NCBI RefSeq assembly: GCF_006345805.1
Contig: NC_043008.1
Coordinates: 71,424,001 to 71,488,000, forward strand
Direction of reading: 5' to 3'
Source of the DNA: Octopus sinensis
Taxonomy: Eukaryota
Length of the DNA: 64,000 nt
Position numbers and translations under genes: made by a program
Shown here: positions 28,560 to 41,278 of the stretch, in pieces
How positions within the stretch are numbered: the stretch's first letter is position 1
Layout of the letters: the number at the start of each line of letters is the position of its first letter
Notes under the pieces: model-generated
Database searches by the model: none
Seen by the model: the letters and a program-made list of their open reading frames with translations, nothing else
What the model was told of the DNA's origin: nothing

Positions 28560-29500
28560 TTCTTCAATTTGAGGAAGGACATGAGCAGAGAGGGAATTCC
28601 AGTGTGCCAAATTTGATTTAATCGTTGATAGAGAAGGTAATTTCTGATCAGGTAAACGAAATGTATTTGTTAGTGAAACCCTTTGAGTATTTCAATGTGT
28701 GTGATGGTTCATGTTTGAAGTAAATGGTAAAATTAGATGAAATGAAGACTGGCAAATTATATTGGCTTAATACTGAAATTGAGAATAATTGGCTCAAAAC
28801 ACTATAGGGAAAAGATTGGCTGAGTTAAAAGGTCTCTGATATCATTAGTTGTTACAGCGAAGAGTAGTAACGACGCAAATATGAGATAAGTAAATAATGA
28901 AAGTTTCAAATGCACTATGCAGTGAATAGTATTTTAAAATAAAATGTTGATATATACCACAAAATCTTAATGCTGGGCTATTTAAAGTGAGCTGATACAA
29001 ATATTTGATAATTAGTAAAATGCAAATAAATCAGAAAATAATCTAATAATTATGTAAACCAATTTTTTTAATTTTGTTGCGGGTGTTCCTTGGTTGGTGA
29101 TATCCAATAAATTATAATTGAATCTATGAAGATCTAGTAAAATTATTAACAATTTGTTCGTAGTTTAACATTTACTCGAAGCTCCATTTGCACTGGTGTG
29201 ATATGGAATGAGATAGAGGAAATTAGTTATATGCAATTTATGAACTAAATTCTGTGGAAAATTATTTTTGGAAATATGGGATAGACGATAGCTAATTTGG
29301 AAGATCAACAGCCGAATAATTTTGCATAGAGAACATTTTGTATTGAAGCAAATTGTATAAATTTGATGTCGATGTACTTCTTGCGGGGTAAATTGTTGAC
29401 TGCTTTTAAAGGTCAGCAGAGAAATAAATGTATTTGAGGCTATAATATTGACAACACTCACAAATTTAGTAGTTGAACAGAAGCATAACGAAACTAATTG
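28560..29500 (-). mobile_element. Possible very old CR1-like LINE remnant
   Basis: Minus-strand HWNSLSAHV (~28580-28606) resembles the CR1 C-terminal WNSLP motif; the rest is too decayed to read. Confidence 0.3.
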
Positions 29501-29553
29501 AAAAGTTTTACGGAAAGAAATGTCATGCTTTTAGAATTACGCACACTTTATAA

Positions 29554-29839
29554 CAGCGATCCCCAACATTTTTGTAGCATGCAACGGTTTCATGTAAGAC
29601 AAGATTTCTACGGTTCGCGCGGGATATGTGTATCGCAACATTACAAAACACAATAAAGTGCATAATATATGATTTAATCATTACGTATGTAATACATTTA
29701 TAATGCAAAAACGTCCTGTAGATTGCGATCGCAAATAAAATAGAAATAAGATTTTGGAATTTTTTTCTTTCTCTGCCGTTTTGGACCTAATGAGTCACAG
29801 CACGGTACTGACCCGTGGTAGAGTGGTTGAAGACTCTTG
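29554..29839 (+). mobile_element. hAT/Charlie-like non-autonomous element (MITE)
   Basis: 5' cagcgatccccaacattttt and 3' cggtactgacccgtgg..gtggttgaagactcttg resemble Charlie-type termini (CAGxGGTCCCCAAC...GTTGGGGACCxCTG); no clear 8-bp TSD. Confidence 0.55.
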
Positions 29840-30649
29840 GATGTTAAGACAAATCATTGAAACTCGAGAAGGGCTGGTAACGAGAAGCGAGTGTATGGAT
29901 AATGACCTAAGGATATTAAATTGGCTAATGTGCAGCAATAAAGGACTGGGGGAATATGAAGCAGTTAAAAACACAAAAAATAAGAGACGTTGCGCATTCT
30001 AGTTTGATCAGATGTAGGGAGGAGAATGAATTCCCTAAGTAATAGTGTAATATAAACAATTTTCAATTTATATAAATAAAATAATGCATAATTATTATCA
30101 AAATGGTGTGTGTGAGAGAGAGAGAGAGGGGGGAGAGAAGAAATGTTATACGTCATATCATGTAAGATGTTTATTTCATATAAATAAAATAATCTATAAT
30201 TAGTTTGAGGAATGGGCAGGTCAGAGTCTATCACAAACTAGATATTTTAGCGTTCACATTAAGAGAGATGGATTTAGCTTTAGGAGAGGAAGTGAATACC
30301 GGTTTGTACAAGCAATAAAAAGATATATCTCAGAATCTGCATTGCAGATGTTTTTTTTAATACGTACAGAAGATGTTCAATTATATGAATAGTGAGAAAG
30401 GCTATGATGAAACAATGATATATTTATTACATCAACCTTTATAAATAAATATAGAGATTATAATTGGGAATATAAAAATAACAATACAATGGAAACTTAA
30501 TGTTCAAGGTAACTAAAAATATTCCACAGGTCAGAATAGATTACAAAATGATCTGACAGTATGAAGTGAAAAGGTAAATGTATAACAGAAACTAGTTGAA
30601 TATTGTGTATCCATCCATCCATCTTCTCCACCCATTATTACTGCAAGTG

Positions 30650-31020
30650 TAATTGGTGTACAACCCTCAGGCACGTCCTTTGTAGTTCCTATCACAAGCG
30701 ACCACCTGGATTCACAAGCCTGACTAACTGAGACTATGGATATTATCTCATTCTTGGTATACCACTTCGTGTCCTGTCAGTTGGTTCGTCTTGAAGAATC
30801 CATCTTGTAATCCTTCCCAGCGACATTCTTATCACATGTCCATGGTACTGGAACTGTGACCTCCCAATTAGGAGATGTAGCAACTCGACCTGGGGAGACT
30901 CTCCGAACGCCATGCTACGTCCTTTGTGAAGTAACGTTATTGCAAAGAACTTTCCGGGGGAGCCTATTTAAAGAGTTTATATTAATTATCGTACTCTTTC
31001 GGCCATTCAAGAAAATTAAG
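30650..31020 (-). mobile_element. Decayed RTE-clade LINE 3' fragment
   Basis: Minus-strand VELLHLLIGRSQFQYHGHVIRMSLGRITRWILQDEPTDRTRSGIPRMR matches the RTE pattern 'QLRW.GHV.RM...R...G.R.RGRPR.RW'. Confidence 0.65.
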
Positions 31021-31225
31021 CTGGAATACTTATGATTGCAAATACTTAAATGCACTGAAGCTAGTCACAACTTCACGCATTTATGCACACGCATATAAAC
31101 GTGTACAAACATATATATGTGTCTCTAGAAGCGGGTATGGGTTCTCTCCACTGCTCGCAATATATTGGATACAACTGTGCATTGTTAACCAATTAGAGAT
31201 GTCCTCCTTTTGGGGTTAAAAAAAA

Positions 31226-31270
31226 TCGTAGTAAATTTCGGTCGTTCCGTTCGACCGAAATTTACTACGA
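31226..31270. repeat. Perfect 19-bp-stem hairpin with 7-nt loop
   Basis: tcgtagtaaatttcggtcg-ttccgtt-cgaccgaaatttactacga. Confidence 0.95.
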
Positions 31271-31374
31271 ACATCACTTGCTAGAACAGATATTGCAATC
31301 ATCTCTTACAGAGAATTTAGAACTAGCTTTTTAGCTTATATATATGTGTGTGTGTTTGTTTGTTTATATAATTT

Positions 31375-31690
31375 TTATTTTGTTATTTGTTTCAATCATT
31401 ACACTGCAGCCATACTGGGGTACCGCCTGAAGTTATTTCAGTCGAAGCAATCGGCACTACAACTTATTTACAACCATGGTTCTTATTCTGTCGGTCTCTT
31501 TTCCTGAACCGCAAATATACAGGGACATAAATACACCATCACCTGTTGTCAATCGGTGGTTGAGGATAAACACAAACACAAACACACAGGCACACAGACA
31601 AACACACATACACGCACACGCACATACACACGCACACACAAATATTCACAATAACTATCTTTCAGTTTCCGTCTACCAAATTCACTCAGA
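31375..31690 (-). mobile_element. SINE family A, 5'-truncated
   Basis: tttcagtttccgtctaccaaattcactca and gcagccatactggggtaccgcc match the reverse complement of family A. Confidence 0.8.
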
Positions 31691-32453
31691 AGACTTAATT
31701 TACCTCACTGAAGCAACGATTTCAGCTCTACAGTGGCATTTGGAGGCTCTTAAAAGAGTTTCATTATAAGGTACAACCCATTTGTTGTTTGCTTTTACAT
31801 TCTTATGAGATCCTCATTGTAAACGATGTTCCTCTGCAGAGAGATAGTCTCTCTCTTTCTGTTATTCTGTCTTTAGATAAGATAATAAAGATTAATATTG
31901 TATTTTAAATCAAATAGTAATTTTTCTCCGTTCAGAAAAAAAAAAAAAGTAATCGAGTGCTCGTGATTAAAAGATATCTCATAAAAATATAGGGAGACTA
32001 TCTATCTCAGACATCGATGTTTCGAGGTTTTTGACTCTTGTCGATGAGATCTACCTAAAAGTTGCAACTCTGAACGAACTTAATAGAGCTACAACTTTCT
32101 TTATAATTCAGTCAACACGTTGACTGATTTCCGTAACTAGTTCAGCCAATCAAATTAATTAACGGAGCATAGGTGCAAAGATGTGTTTAAGTATGAGAAG
32201 AATTTAGGTTAGTTAAAATATGTGACAAACAAGTGAAATATTTTCTCCACGCTAAATGTAATGTATTTGCCTCTAGCAGTTGAAATATGTGACAAACATA
32301 TTTCAATTAAACTAAATTCTGCTCATAAATTATATAACTTCTGTAACTGAAGAATTTCTAATTCGAAATTCCTTACATGTCTATGTGACATGTAAAATTT
32401 CGAATTCGTATTAGCAAATGTAAATGTGCAATGGGGAATAAATAATGCCAATA

Positions 32454-32521
<68 letters not shown>

Positions 32522-32536
32522 TATACATATATATAC

Positions 32537-32578
<42 letters not shown>

Positions 32579-32607
32579 TATATATATTATATATATATAT
32601 ATATATA

Positions 32608-32819
32608 CATCGCCATGTTGATTCGTTAGCTTCTGCACGCATTTTTTTCTCTCCTTGTTTCTTTCCTGTTTCTTTTCTGTGTATCTTTTCTGTTGAAGAG
32701 CGTAGGCTCGAAACGTAAAAGACTTGTTTTATTTATATTCCTGAGCGCCATACTAATACAATTGTTTGTTTGTATTCCACCTGCCTTCATCTTTTGTTTA
32801 TTTTCATAAAGCTTCCCGT

Positions 32820-32821
<2 letters not shown>
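32608..32821 (+). mobile_element. Solo ~210-bp 3' end of the same PLE family as 22937-26717, with hammerhead motif, embedded in (TA)n
   Basis: Reverse complement of 22937-23150; contains ctgttgaagagcgtaggctcgaaacgta at 32690-32717 and ends gcttcccgtt|atata. Confidence 0.9.
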
Positions 32822-32908
<87 letters not shown>

Positions 32909-32909
<1 letters not shown>

Positions 32910-33907
32910 AATCCTTAAATCCTTAAAAATGTTTAGCCCGAAGCCGCGGCCATGCTGGGGCACCACCGCTGAATGAGCCACACTATTTGTGAATCCACCT
33001 CTGATACGTGGCACTTGATCAACAAGGGAGTTCGATGCTGCTGCCGCATCCGCGTCTCCTGTCGTGAGGTAGGTTCATCTGGGACTTCCAACAAGAAGAG
33101 ATCCAGTTTAGTTTTAAAGAAACCCACATCCACACCATGTAAGTCTCTCAGGCATTTAGGGAGGATGTTGAAAAGCTGTGGTCCTCTGAAACCCAAGCTG
33201 TTGCAGTATCTGGACCTGTATTTTGATGGTGATGTTGGAATCCTTGGCACCACGCAGCGGCGCCCCGTTCTGCGGTTGGAGCAACTTGAATGCCAAAGTT
33301 TGGGATAAGACCCTCCAGGATTTTCCAGATGTATATTACTGCATATCTCTCCCGCCTCCGCTCCAGGGAGAAGAGGTTTAATACCTTCAGTCTTTCCCAG
33401 TAGCTGACATTTTGCATTGAGACGATTTTCTTTGTGTAGCTTCTCTGAGTTGCTTCGAGTTCTGCTGTTTGTTTTATATTGTGTGGTGACCAAGTTGGGA
33501 GCAGTAGTCCAAGCGGCTGAGGACAAATGTTTCCATAGGACCATCAAGTGTCTCCTTCTCTCTTGTTCTAAAAGTTCGGAGAATCCATCCAGCTAGCCGT
33601 CTGCATTTTATCACCGATTAGCAATATGCATTGGAAAGATGCATCATTGCTCATGTCAATGCCCAGGTCACGCACTGATTTTGACTCAGGGATTGCAATT
33701 CTTCCTGGGCCAGTGTATCCAGTCTTCACGTCATTTACCTTTGTGTGCCAGTAGCGCAGGGCCTGGAACTTACCTGCATTAAACTGCATGTTGTTGTCCT
33801 CAGCCCACCTGTATATTGTGTCCAGCTCATGTTGCAGATGCGCAATATTTTCAGGGTTCTGTATTGCGTGGGAGACCTTTGTGTCATCTGCATAGCTAGC
33901 AAGTGAC
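32909..33907 (-). mobile_element. CR1-clade LINE 3' fragment (RT C-terminal half and 3' UTR)
   Basis: SYADDTKV..LQHELDTIYRWAEDNNMQFNAGKFQAL..VRDLGIDMS; YWERLKVLNLFSLERRRERY..IYIWKILEGL; GPQLFNILP..FKTKLDLFL..VPDEP. Frameshifted, with a tandem 8-mer tail (taaggatt)x2. Confidence 0.88.
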
Positions 33908-34559
33908 ACATATATATATATATATAGTGAATATATCGATATGTATGTTTATTCATATATGTGTGTTTGTGTGTGGGTGTAAACATTCATATGATTCAAT
34001 AAACACATAGAATATATCTGGACAAAGAATTTGTAGACGTGTACAATATACATGTCCCCTTTACATGTTTATATACATACACATTCACATACGCACGCAC
34101 GTACAAACGAACCTATACCATAAAAAATAAATGGGTTAAAGATTCATTACAACTGGTTCAGACGCATTTTTTTTTATCGATAAATAATTCGATTACACCA
34201 CGAAAAACTAAAGTTGTATTGGAGTGAATAAAAAATTTAAAATATGGTTTACAGAAAAAATACCAAAATGTGGAATGCGGATTGACACTCTTGTTTTGGT
34301 AACAATGAAGATTGTGAAGACAAACCGAAGATTTGCCAGATTCCATCGGCCTTTGCGTTATAAAACAATCAATGGACAATGTCATGTTAAATTATTTCTT
34401 TAAAATGATAGCCAGATATAAAACATAAGAGGAAGGCAAAGAAGAAGAAATAGAGAGGTCAAGGATGGGAGATTAAATTAAGAGGTTATCATCGTAGTGG
34501 CTATTAATTAAGAAGAAAAGCAATTAAATTGAAGAAAAGATTAAATGAAATGTTTTGTA

Positions 34560-35430
34560 AATATTTCCTCAGTCTTCAAATAGGTGGGAGATTTTCATTT
34601 TTTTTTGTCTCTCTCTTTTGCTTTGTGAAGTTTCGTGACGTAATGTCAAATCTGGAAAAATAGTGTTTGTGGGCAGAGAAATATTTGTGCATGAAGTTTG
34701 ACGGTTTAAGCAGCAGTAGCCGCTGAGGGAGGAGAAGGTGAAGAAGAGGAAGGGAAGGCAAAGAAAGGGGAGGGGAGGCAAAGAGGAGGAAGAAGAAAAT
34801 TAGTAGTAGTAGTTGTAGTAGTAGAAGAAGAAGAAGAAGAAGAACAAGAACAAGAAAAAGAAGAAGTGATATGACCGAGTAGTAGAGGCTGTCCGTAGAA
34901 TCTACTTCAATGGACAAGTGTCTTAAAAGTGCCCTGTTGTAGTTATAGCAGTAGTGGTAGGAACTGTTGTAAATAAGTTCATGGGTAGCCATTGTTCTTA
35001 ATATATCTATCGTTTTTAATATTTGCGTGTTTATTATTCTGAGATACTTGTAGTAGAGTCATCTGTGGAGGAAGCATGTTTTGCGATAAAATATGATTGT
35101 TTGCTAGTGGGCCGATTGTAGGTTGCATTGTCCCTAAATTTTCAGAGAGCAAAATTATAAACTTGGGTTGTCCAATAGTGGCGCAAATGTCGATGCGTAA
35201 ACTTAATTCTATTTATCTGTATTCCCGTATCTTAATCTGGGAACTATATACAGTCATCTCTGGCGTAAACTGTTCTTTGTTTGACTAATGTACTGCTCTC
35301 GAAACCCAAAGTACGTTAACACATATTGGGTTTTCGGAAACACATATGAAGCCCAAGTACACTCGTCAACAACATCGAAACCGACAGTAAAAAAACCTAA
35401 CTAACGTATACGGACAGCCTTTACTACTGG
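34560..35430 (-). mobile_element. Decayed PLE GIY-YIG fragment and 3' terminus
   Basis: Minus-strand QYVLTYFGFREQYISQTKNSLRQR (~35255-35330) is a degenerate LIYVLTC.GC.EQYIGQT..LR.R; degenerate hammerhead-like ugac(auuac)guca-cgaaac at ~34630-34650. Confidence 0.55.
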
Positions 35431-35492
35431 GTCAAACCACTCCTTTCTTCTTCTTCTTCTTCTTCTTCTTCTTCTCTTCTTCTTCTTCTTCT

Positions 35493-35592
35493 NNNNNNNN
35501 NNNNNNNNNNNNNNNNNNNNNNNNNNNNNNNNNNNNNNNNNNNNNNNNNNNNNNNNNNNNNNNNNNNNNNNNNNNNNNNNNNNNNNNNNNNN
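35493..35592. other. Assembly gap (100 N) following a (TTC)n tract
   Basis: N run; a length of exactly 100 suggests a placeholder. Confidence 0.99.
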
Positions 35593-35960
35593 ACAAGGGC
35601 GACAGAGATTTAGACCTCAATAAAAGACCTAAATAAAATATAAGCACAACAAACCTGATATAATGATTTAGGATGCAGAAGAGTAACTGTGTACAGTTGA
35701 AGAAAGTAGCTACTCAGCATATATTAACGTAAAGCTGAAGATCAGTGAAAAAGAGAACATCTACGCTGAACTATAGAGACAACCTCCATTTACTTCTATC
35801 CATACTGGGGACCTGGGATATATAACACACAACCTATATACCAATCTTGAGAAATTAGACTTCACCAGATCAGAAAGGAGAAAGCTAATTCGAAGACAAT
35901 TGATCCAATCCATCACGAGAACTGTAAAATTGAGTAATACCTTCTAGAAGTTTATCATTT
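35593..35960 (+). mobile_element. RLE-type non-LTR retrotransposon (R4/NeSL-like) C-terminal endonuclease remnant
   Basis: KHNKPDIMI*DAEE*LCTVEESSYSAYINVKLKISEKENIYAEL fits the RLE pattern NKPDI...E...N...K..Y..L; contains stops. Confidence 0.7.
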
Positions 35961-36240
35961 ATCATATATATGAACGTTTCTAGATATGCAAATATATTCA
36001 AGAGAATACATGCATAAAAAACAACATACAGAACTGTTGTATATATATATATAATATATATATATATTATATAATATTAATATAAATATATTTTGTTGAA
36101 ATGGAAGATGAATTATCTCTTGTTACGGATTATTCAAAAGTTAACCGATACCTGGGTAGCAAAAATCACAGCAGAAAAAACACGGTTGGAGATATGACCA
36201 TATGGTGTTGCAACGTGCGTTGGGGCGGATAATTGAAGTT

Positions 36241-36678
36241 TAATATAATTAGTGAATGGAAGAAATGGAGTTGAACGAAGATTGTACAGAATTCCTTTTA
36301 TTACCTTCTACACATGTTCAAAGGCCACAATTTTCCAAATCTGATTAAATAAGGATACCATATTGCAGCTTCTCTTCAGGAAAAACCAGGAATTACGTTG
36401 TCAGAACAAAAACAAAACAAAGGCGCAGCAAAGCAATTCGAACGAGGACGCTCCTAAGAGCCCATGGGTAAAATGTTTATCAATGTACATTGAAATCGGG
36501 GGGGGGGTGGTGGGGGCGACAAAAGGTCCGTTGGAATAAATCCAGGTCAGGCGCGGTCAAAATCTAGATTTGACCGCGGCCTGACATGGATTTATTCCAA
36601 CGGAACTTTTGTTGTATGAAGTACTAAAAGGAAATTCTGTTACAATCTCGATCACTCACATTTCTTCCATTCACTAAT

Positions 36679-36685
<7 letters not shown>
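36241..36685. mobile_element. Foldback element: ~70-bp outer inverted repeats plus an internal ~45-bp-stem hairpin
   Basis: taatataattagtgaatggaagaaatg (36241) versus catttcttccattcactaattatatta (to 36685); hairpin at 36519-36612. Confidence 0.8.
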
Positions 36686-36733
<48 letters not shown>

Positions 36734-37119
36734 AGCAAAAAAATACTGTAATTGATGTTGAAATTTCAATGAAGGAGCCCTGGATCTAGGTTTGAAACTA
36801 GCTCCTCTTTGACAAGAGACCTTAAAATAAAACTGAACAAGGACATACATGCATGCATACATAAGTATTTATGTGTACACACACTCAACTCCACGCAACA
36901 TATACGATATATATATGTGTACGTATATACATATGCATATATATATATATATATATACACATATATATCTTTATATATATACAAACATATTTATATATAT
37001 ATATATATATAAACGTACTAATGATTCTGGCAGTACGCCTTATATATATGTGAGTGTGTGAGTGTGTGAGTGTGAGTGTGAGTGTGTATGTGTCTGTGTC
37101 TCTCTCTATGTATATATAT

Positions 37120-37446
37120 GCGCATGGCTCAGTGGTTAGAGCGTCGAGCTTACGATCGTGAGGTTGTGAGCTCGAATCCCGGACCGGGCTGCGTGTTGTG
37201 TTCTCGAGCAAGGCACTTTATTTCACGTTGCTCCAGTTCACTCAGCTGTAGAAATGAGTTGCGACGTCACAGGTGCCAAGCTGTATCGACCTTTGTCTTT
37301 CCCTTGGATAACACTGGTGGCGTGGAGACGGGAGGCTGGTATGCATGGGCGACTGCTAGCCTTCCGTAAACAACCTTGCCCGGACTTGTGTCTAGGAGGG
37401 TAACTTTCTAGGTGCAATCCCATGGTCATTCATGACCGAAGGGGGT

Positions 37447-37450
<4 letters not shown>
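37120..37450 (+). mobile_element. tRNA-derived SINE family C (CORE-like), near full length
   Basis: A box tggctcagtggttagagc, B box gctcgaatccc, CORE-like gttgtgttctcgagcaaggcactt; second copy at 39543-39790. Confidence 0.85.
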
Positions 37451-37481
<31 letters not shown>

Positions 37482-38035
37482 GAAAAAATCAATTAAAGTA
37501 GCTGAATTTGGAAATATAATTTTGACCGCATTGTGTGTTTCTTTTTAAGATTACATTTTGCAAACTGAAAGACAAGTACTCGGACAAAAATCAAGAGTAG
37601 TGGCAAAATAGCGAAAACATACCAAGTTTATTTCGTAAGAGATGCATCTAAGTATATTAACTAATTATTAAAAAGAAATCATAATATGTACTTATGTATG
37701 TGTGGTGTTTGTATGTGTACATAACATGAACATGTATATATATATAGATGTATTTAAGCTTAATTGTATTTATATATAAATATATATATACACTTTGGAA
37801 GAGTGGATCCCCAAAGTGAGAACAGCTGTAAGATTAAAAATGTATTCACTCATTTATTCTTATGTATTTATTTATCCTTATGATTCTAATTAATAAATTG
37901 ATCTAATTTATGTTTGTAAGCTGATACTTGTCAACTAATTATCTTCTCCATTTTCTTCTTTGCCTTATATATAAATATATGTAGATATATATATGTATAT
38001 ATATAAATATATGTAGATATATATATGTATATATA

Positions 38036-38068
<33 letters not shown>

Positions 38069-38640
38069 ATTGCAATGTGAGTGTATAGTGTACTAAAAAG
38101 TCACACTTTCAAAAAATTTACCATAATACCAATGAATACAAAAGAATATAAAAAAAAGAGACCTGGAGATGCAATTATAATTCTTACTGAAGAATGTCAA
38201 AATCAACATCTGATTTTTTAAATTAAATCTTTGACTTCTATAAAATCTTCTTTCCTTTCTCACCCAAATGACCACTAAGTATTGAACCGCAATCAAACAA
38301 ATTTGACCACACAAATTCAAAATTCATTAATGAATAGAAAAGAATATATACGACATGGAAACGCGATTAATTTTACTGTAGAAAGTAAAAAACATGTTTT
38401 TCAACCAAAAACATTGACCAATTCAAATACAAAAATTATTTTCCCACCCCACACAACAAGGTCACTAAGTATTGAACAAACAAATCTCAACATACCAATG
38501 CAAAAGCCACACCTCTTTACCTCCACCATCTTCTCAAACATGTTCCTCCTTTCTTCTCCCTTACTTGGCAATATAAAAAGAACAAGAAATGTATATCTAA
38601 ATCACCTTTTTAGAAATCCGATAACGATATATATATGTAT

Positions 38641-38689
<49 letters not shown>

Positions 38690-38952
38690 TATATATATAT
38701 ATATATTATATATATATATATAAATATATATATATAAATATATATATAATCATCCAACATTTAGACTCCCTTTTATTCTAAATATACGATATCTATAATT
38801 CCCTTCAAGTACTCTCTCTCTCTCCTCTCTCTCTCTCTTTCTGTGTGTCTATATATATACAAACACACACACATATATATATATATAAATATATATGTAT
38901 ATCTATCTATCTGTATTTCTCTCTATATATATATGTATATATATGTGTATAC

Positions 38953-38997
<45 letters not shown>

Positions 38998-39002
<5 letters not shown>

Positions 39003-39425
39003 CAAGCTGCCAAAATCTTTACCACGCGGGCCAAAATGCTGAGCAGCATTTCGTTCGTGTTTACGTTCTGAGTTAACATTCCTCTGCAGTCGACGTTCCT
39101 TTTCATCCCTTTCGACGGCGATAAATTAAGTACCAGTAGAGCCCAAGGGCGGGTGTAATCGATGTAAATTGTGGTCCTTTTACAAAAATTCGAAATCAAT
39201 ATTTACATGCATAAAAGGCAGTGAGCTGGCAGAATCCTTAGCATGCCGGCCGAAATGCTTAGCGGTATTTCATCCGTCTTTACGTCCTTAGCTCAAAGTC
39301 CACCGTGGTCGACTTTGCATTTCATCCTTTCGGTGTCGGTAAAATAAAGAGCAGTTCAGTATTAAGGGCCAACGTAATCGACCAACATCCTTCCCCGAAA
39401 TTGTTGGACTGGCGCCAAAATCTAA
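38998..39425 (+). mobile_element. Two adjacent SINE family B copies (38998-39200 and 39217-39425)
   Basis: Both begin aggca..agctg.ca.aa and contain cgac.tt.c.tttcatcc.tt.g..g.cg.taaa. Confidence 0.8.
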
Positions 39426-39465
39426 TACTGATATATACATATATATGCATATATAAATATTCACA

Positions 39466-39516
<51 letters not shown>

Positions 39517-39542
39517 GTGTGTGTGTGTGTGTATGTGTATGA

Positions 39543-39790
39543 AGGGGCATGACTCAATGGATACAGCATCGGGATAACAACCATGAGATAGTGGGTTCGA
39601 TTCCCTGACCAGGCTCTGTATTGTGTTCTTAAGCAAGACACTTTAGTTCACGTTTCTCCAGTTCACTCAGCAGTAGAAAAACGACGCCGGTGCCAAACAG
39701 TATCAGACTTTGCTTTTACCTTGGGTTACACTGGTGGCGTGGAGAGAGGAGACTAGTATGGATTGGCGACTGCCTGCCTATCATGACCAA
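39543..39790 (+). mobile_element. SINE family C, diverged copy
   Basis: Aligns to 37120-37440 (gggttcgattccc; ccagttcactcagc.gtagaaa; ggtgccaa; acactggtggcgtggaga). Confidence 0.8.
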
Positions 39791-39983
39791 ACATGAAAAC
39801 ACAAAGAGAAAACACTGCAACGCGAGGACACGGAACAAATATAATATTATTGGACGTTCGGGAAGGAAGGGAAGAAGGAGGACTTTACGTTTCGAGCGGA
39901 GCTCTTCGTCAGAAACATAGGAAAAGGAAAGATCCAGAGGAGGGAAGACGGAGGAAAAAAAATCGCCAACGGTACACACGCGG

Positions 39984-39987
<4 letters not shown>
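39790..39987 (-). mobile_element. PLE 3'-terminus-like fragment of a related family, with an intact hammerhead core
   Basis: Same layout as the pLTR end at 22937-23150; hammerhead at 39885-39915. Confidence 0.65.
39883..39917 (-). ncRNA. Minimal type-I hammerhead ribozyme motif with canonical core
   Basis: Minus strand reads uuu-CUGACGA-A-GAGC(UCC)GCUC-GAA-ACGU-A-aag; GUA cleavage triplet. Confidence 0.7.
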
Positions 39988-40022
<35 letters not shown>

Positions 40023-40624
40023 ACAAAAATACAAACTGGGACATATAATATATGTATATATGTCTCTCTCTTTGTGTATGCACACATACACGCGCGGGCG
40101 CGCTCACACATACACACATACACACACAGAGGGGCTGTGATCGATGTCCAATATTTCTTTTTATTTGCATCGCTAGCAAAGCATGGTTTGTCCGATTATT
40201 TTTTGTTTCCTCTCCTCTAATTGTAGCTCTTTGAGCCTCTCTTTGTACGTTTCCTTTTTTTTACTTTTTTATATTTCTTTTTCTAAACTCTTGGGAACGT
40301 CTTTGCTGCTACAGCCTTTCTGTCAAGCACATCCTCCCATTACAGTAGTTGTAAACATATTTCACCACTATGAAAGAACGCAAAATATATGTTCTCAACA
40401 AATTGTAGTAACATAATTTTTTTTTCTTCACGAGACAATCTCAGAATAATATATCTTCTGTTGAGCTCTGCCAAACGTGACGGTTGTTAAAGAACAGTAA
40501 CCACAAAAGCAATGTGAGGAGTAAAATATGTGATAAAAAAAATATTAAAAGAATAGTAATGATAATAATGGCACAATGACAATAATGGCGATAATGATAA
40601 TAATAATAATAATGTTTTTAAATT

Positions 40625-41213
40625 TTTCACGAGGCCAGCAACTTCAGAGAAGGGGATTGAGTGAAATAATACATCGATACTCAACTGGTACTTATTTTAT
40701 GTAAGCCAAAATGGTTGTGCCGAAATTTGAACTCAGAACGGAATGACGAAATACTGCTAAGCGAACGATTCTAGCAGCTCACGGGCTTAATGAAATATAA
40801 ATATAAATATAACAATAATGATAATAATAATATTTTCTACTATAGGCACAAGGAGGAAGACAGTTGATCAGATCGACCTCAGTACTTGACTGGTACTTAA
40901 TTTATCAACCCCGAAAGCATGAAAGGCAAAGTCGACCTCGGCGGAATTTGAACTACGAACGTAGCAACGGGCAAAATACCTATTTCTTTATTACCCACAA
41001 GGGGCTAAACACAGAGGGGACAAACAAGGACAGACATAGGTATTAAGTCGATTACATCGACCCCAGTGCGTAACTGGTACTTAATTTATCGACCCCGAAA
41101 AGATGAAAGGCAAAGTCGACCTCGGCGGAATTTGAACTCACAACGTAACGCAGACGAAATACCGCTGAGCATTTCGTCCAGCGTGTTAAATATTCTGCCA
41201 GCTCGCCGCCTTC
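40625..41213 (-). mobile_element. SINE family B copies (40625-40790 degenerate; 40860-41213 with an internally duplicated body)
   Basis: ctggtacttaatttatc.acccc.aaa..atgaaaggcaaagtcgacctcggcggaatttgaact occurs twice (~40890 and ~41074). Confidence 0.85.
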
Positions 41214-41238
41214 ATGAAGTATCAAAATGAATATATCG

Positions 41239-41278
<40 letters not shown>

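Noticed and set aside
37125-37195. tRNA-like A and B boxes (also at 56250 and 57065)
   Set aside because: They continue into multi-copy SINE bodies and lack a complete cloverleaf, so they are SINE heads and not tRNA genes.
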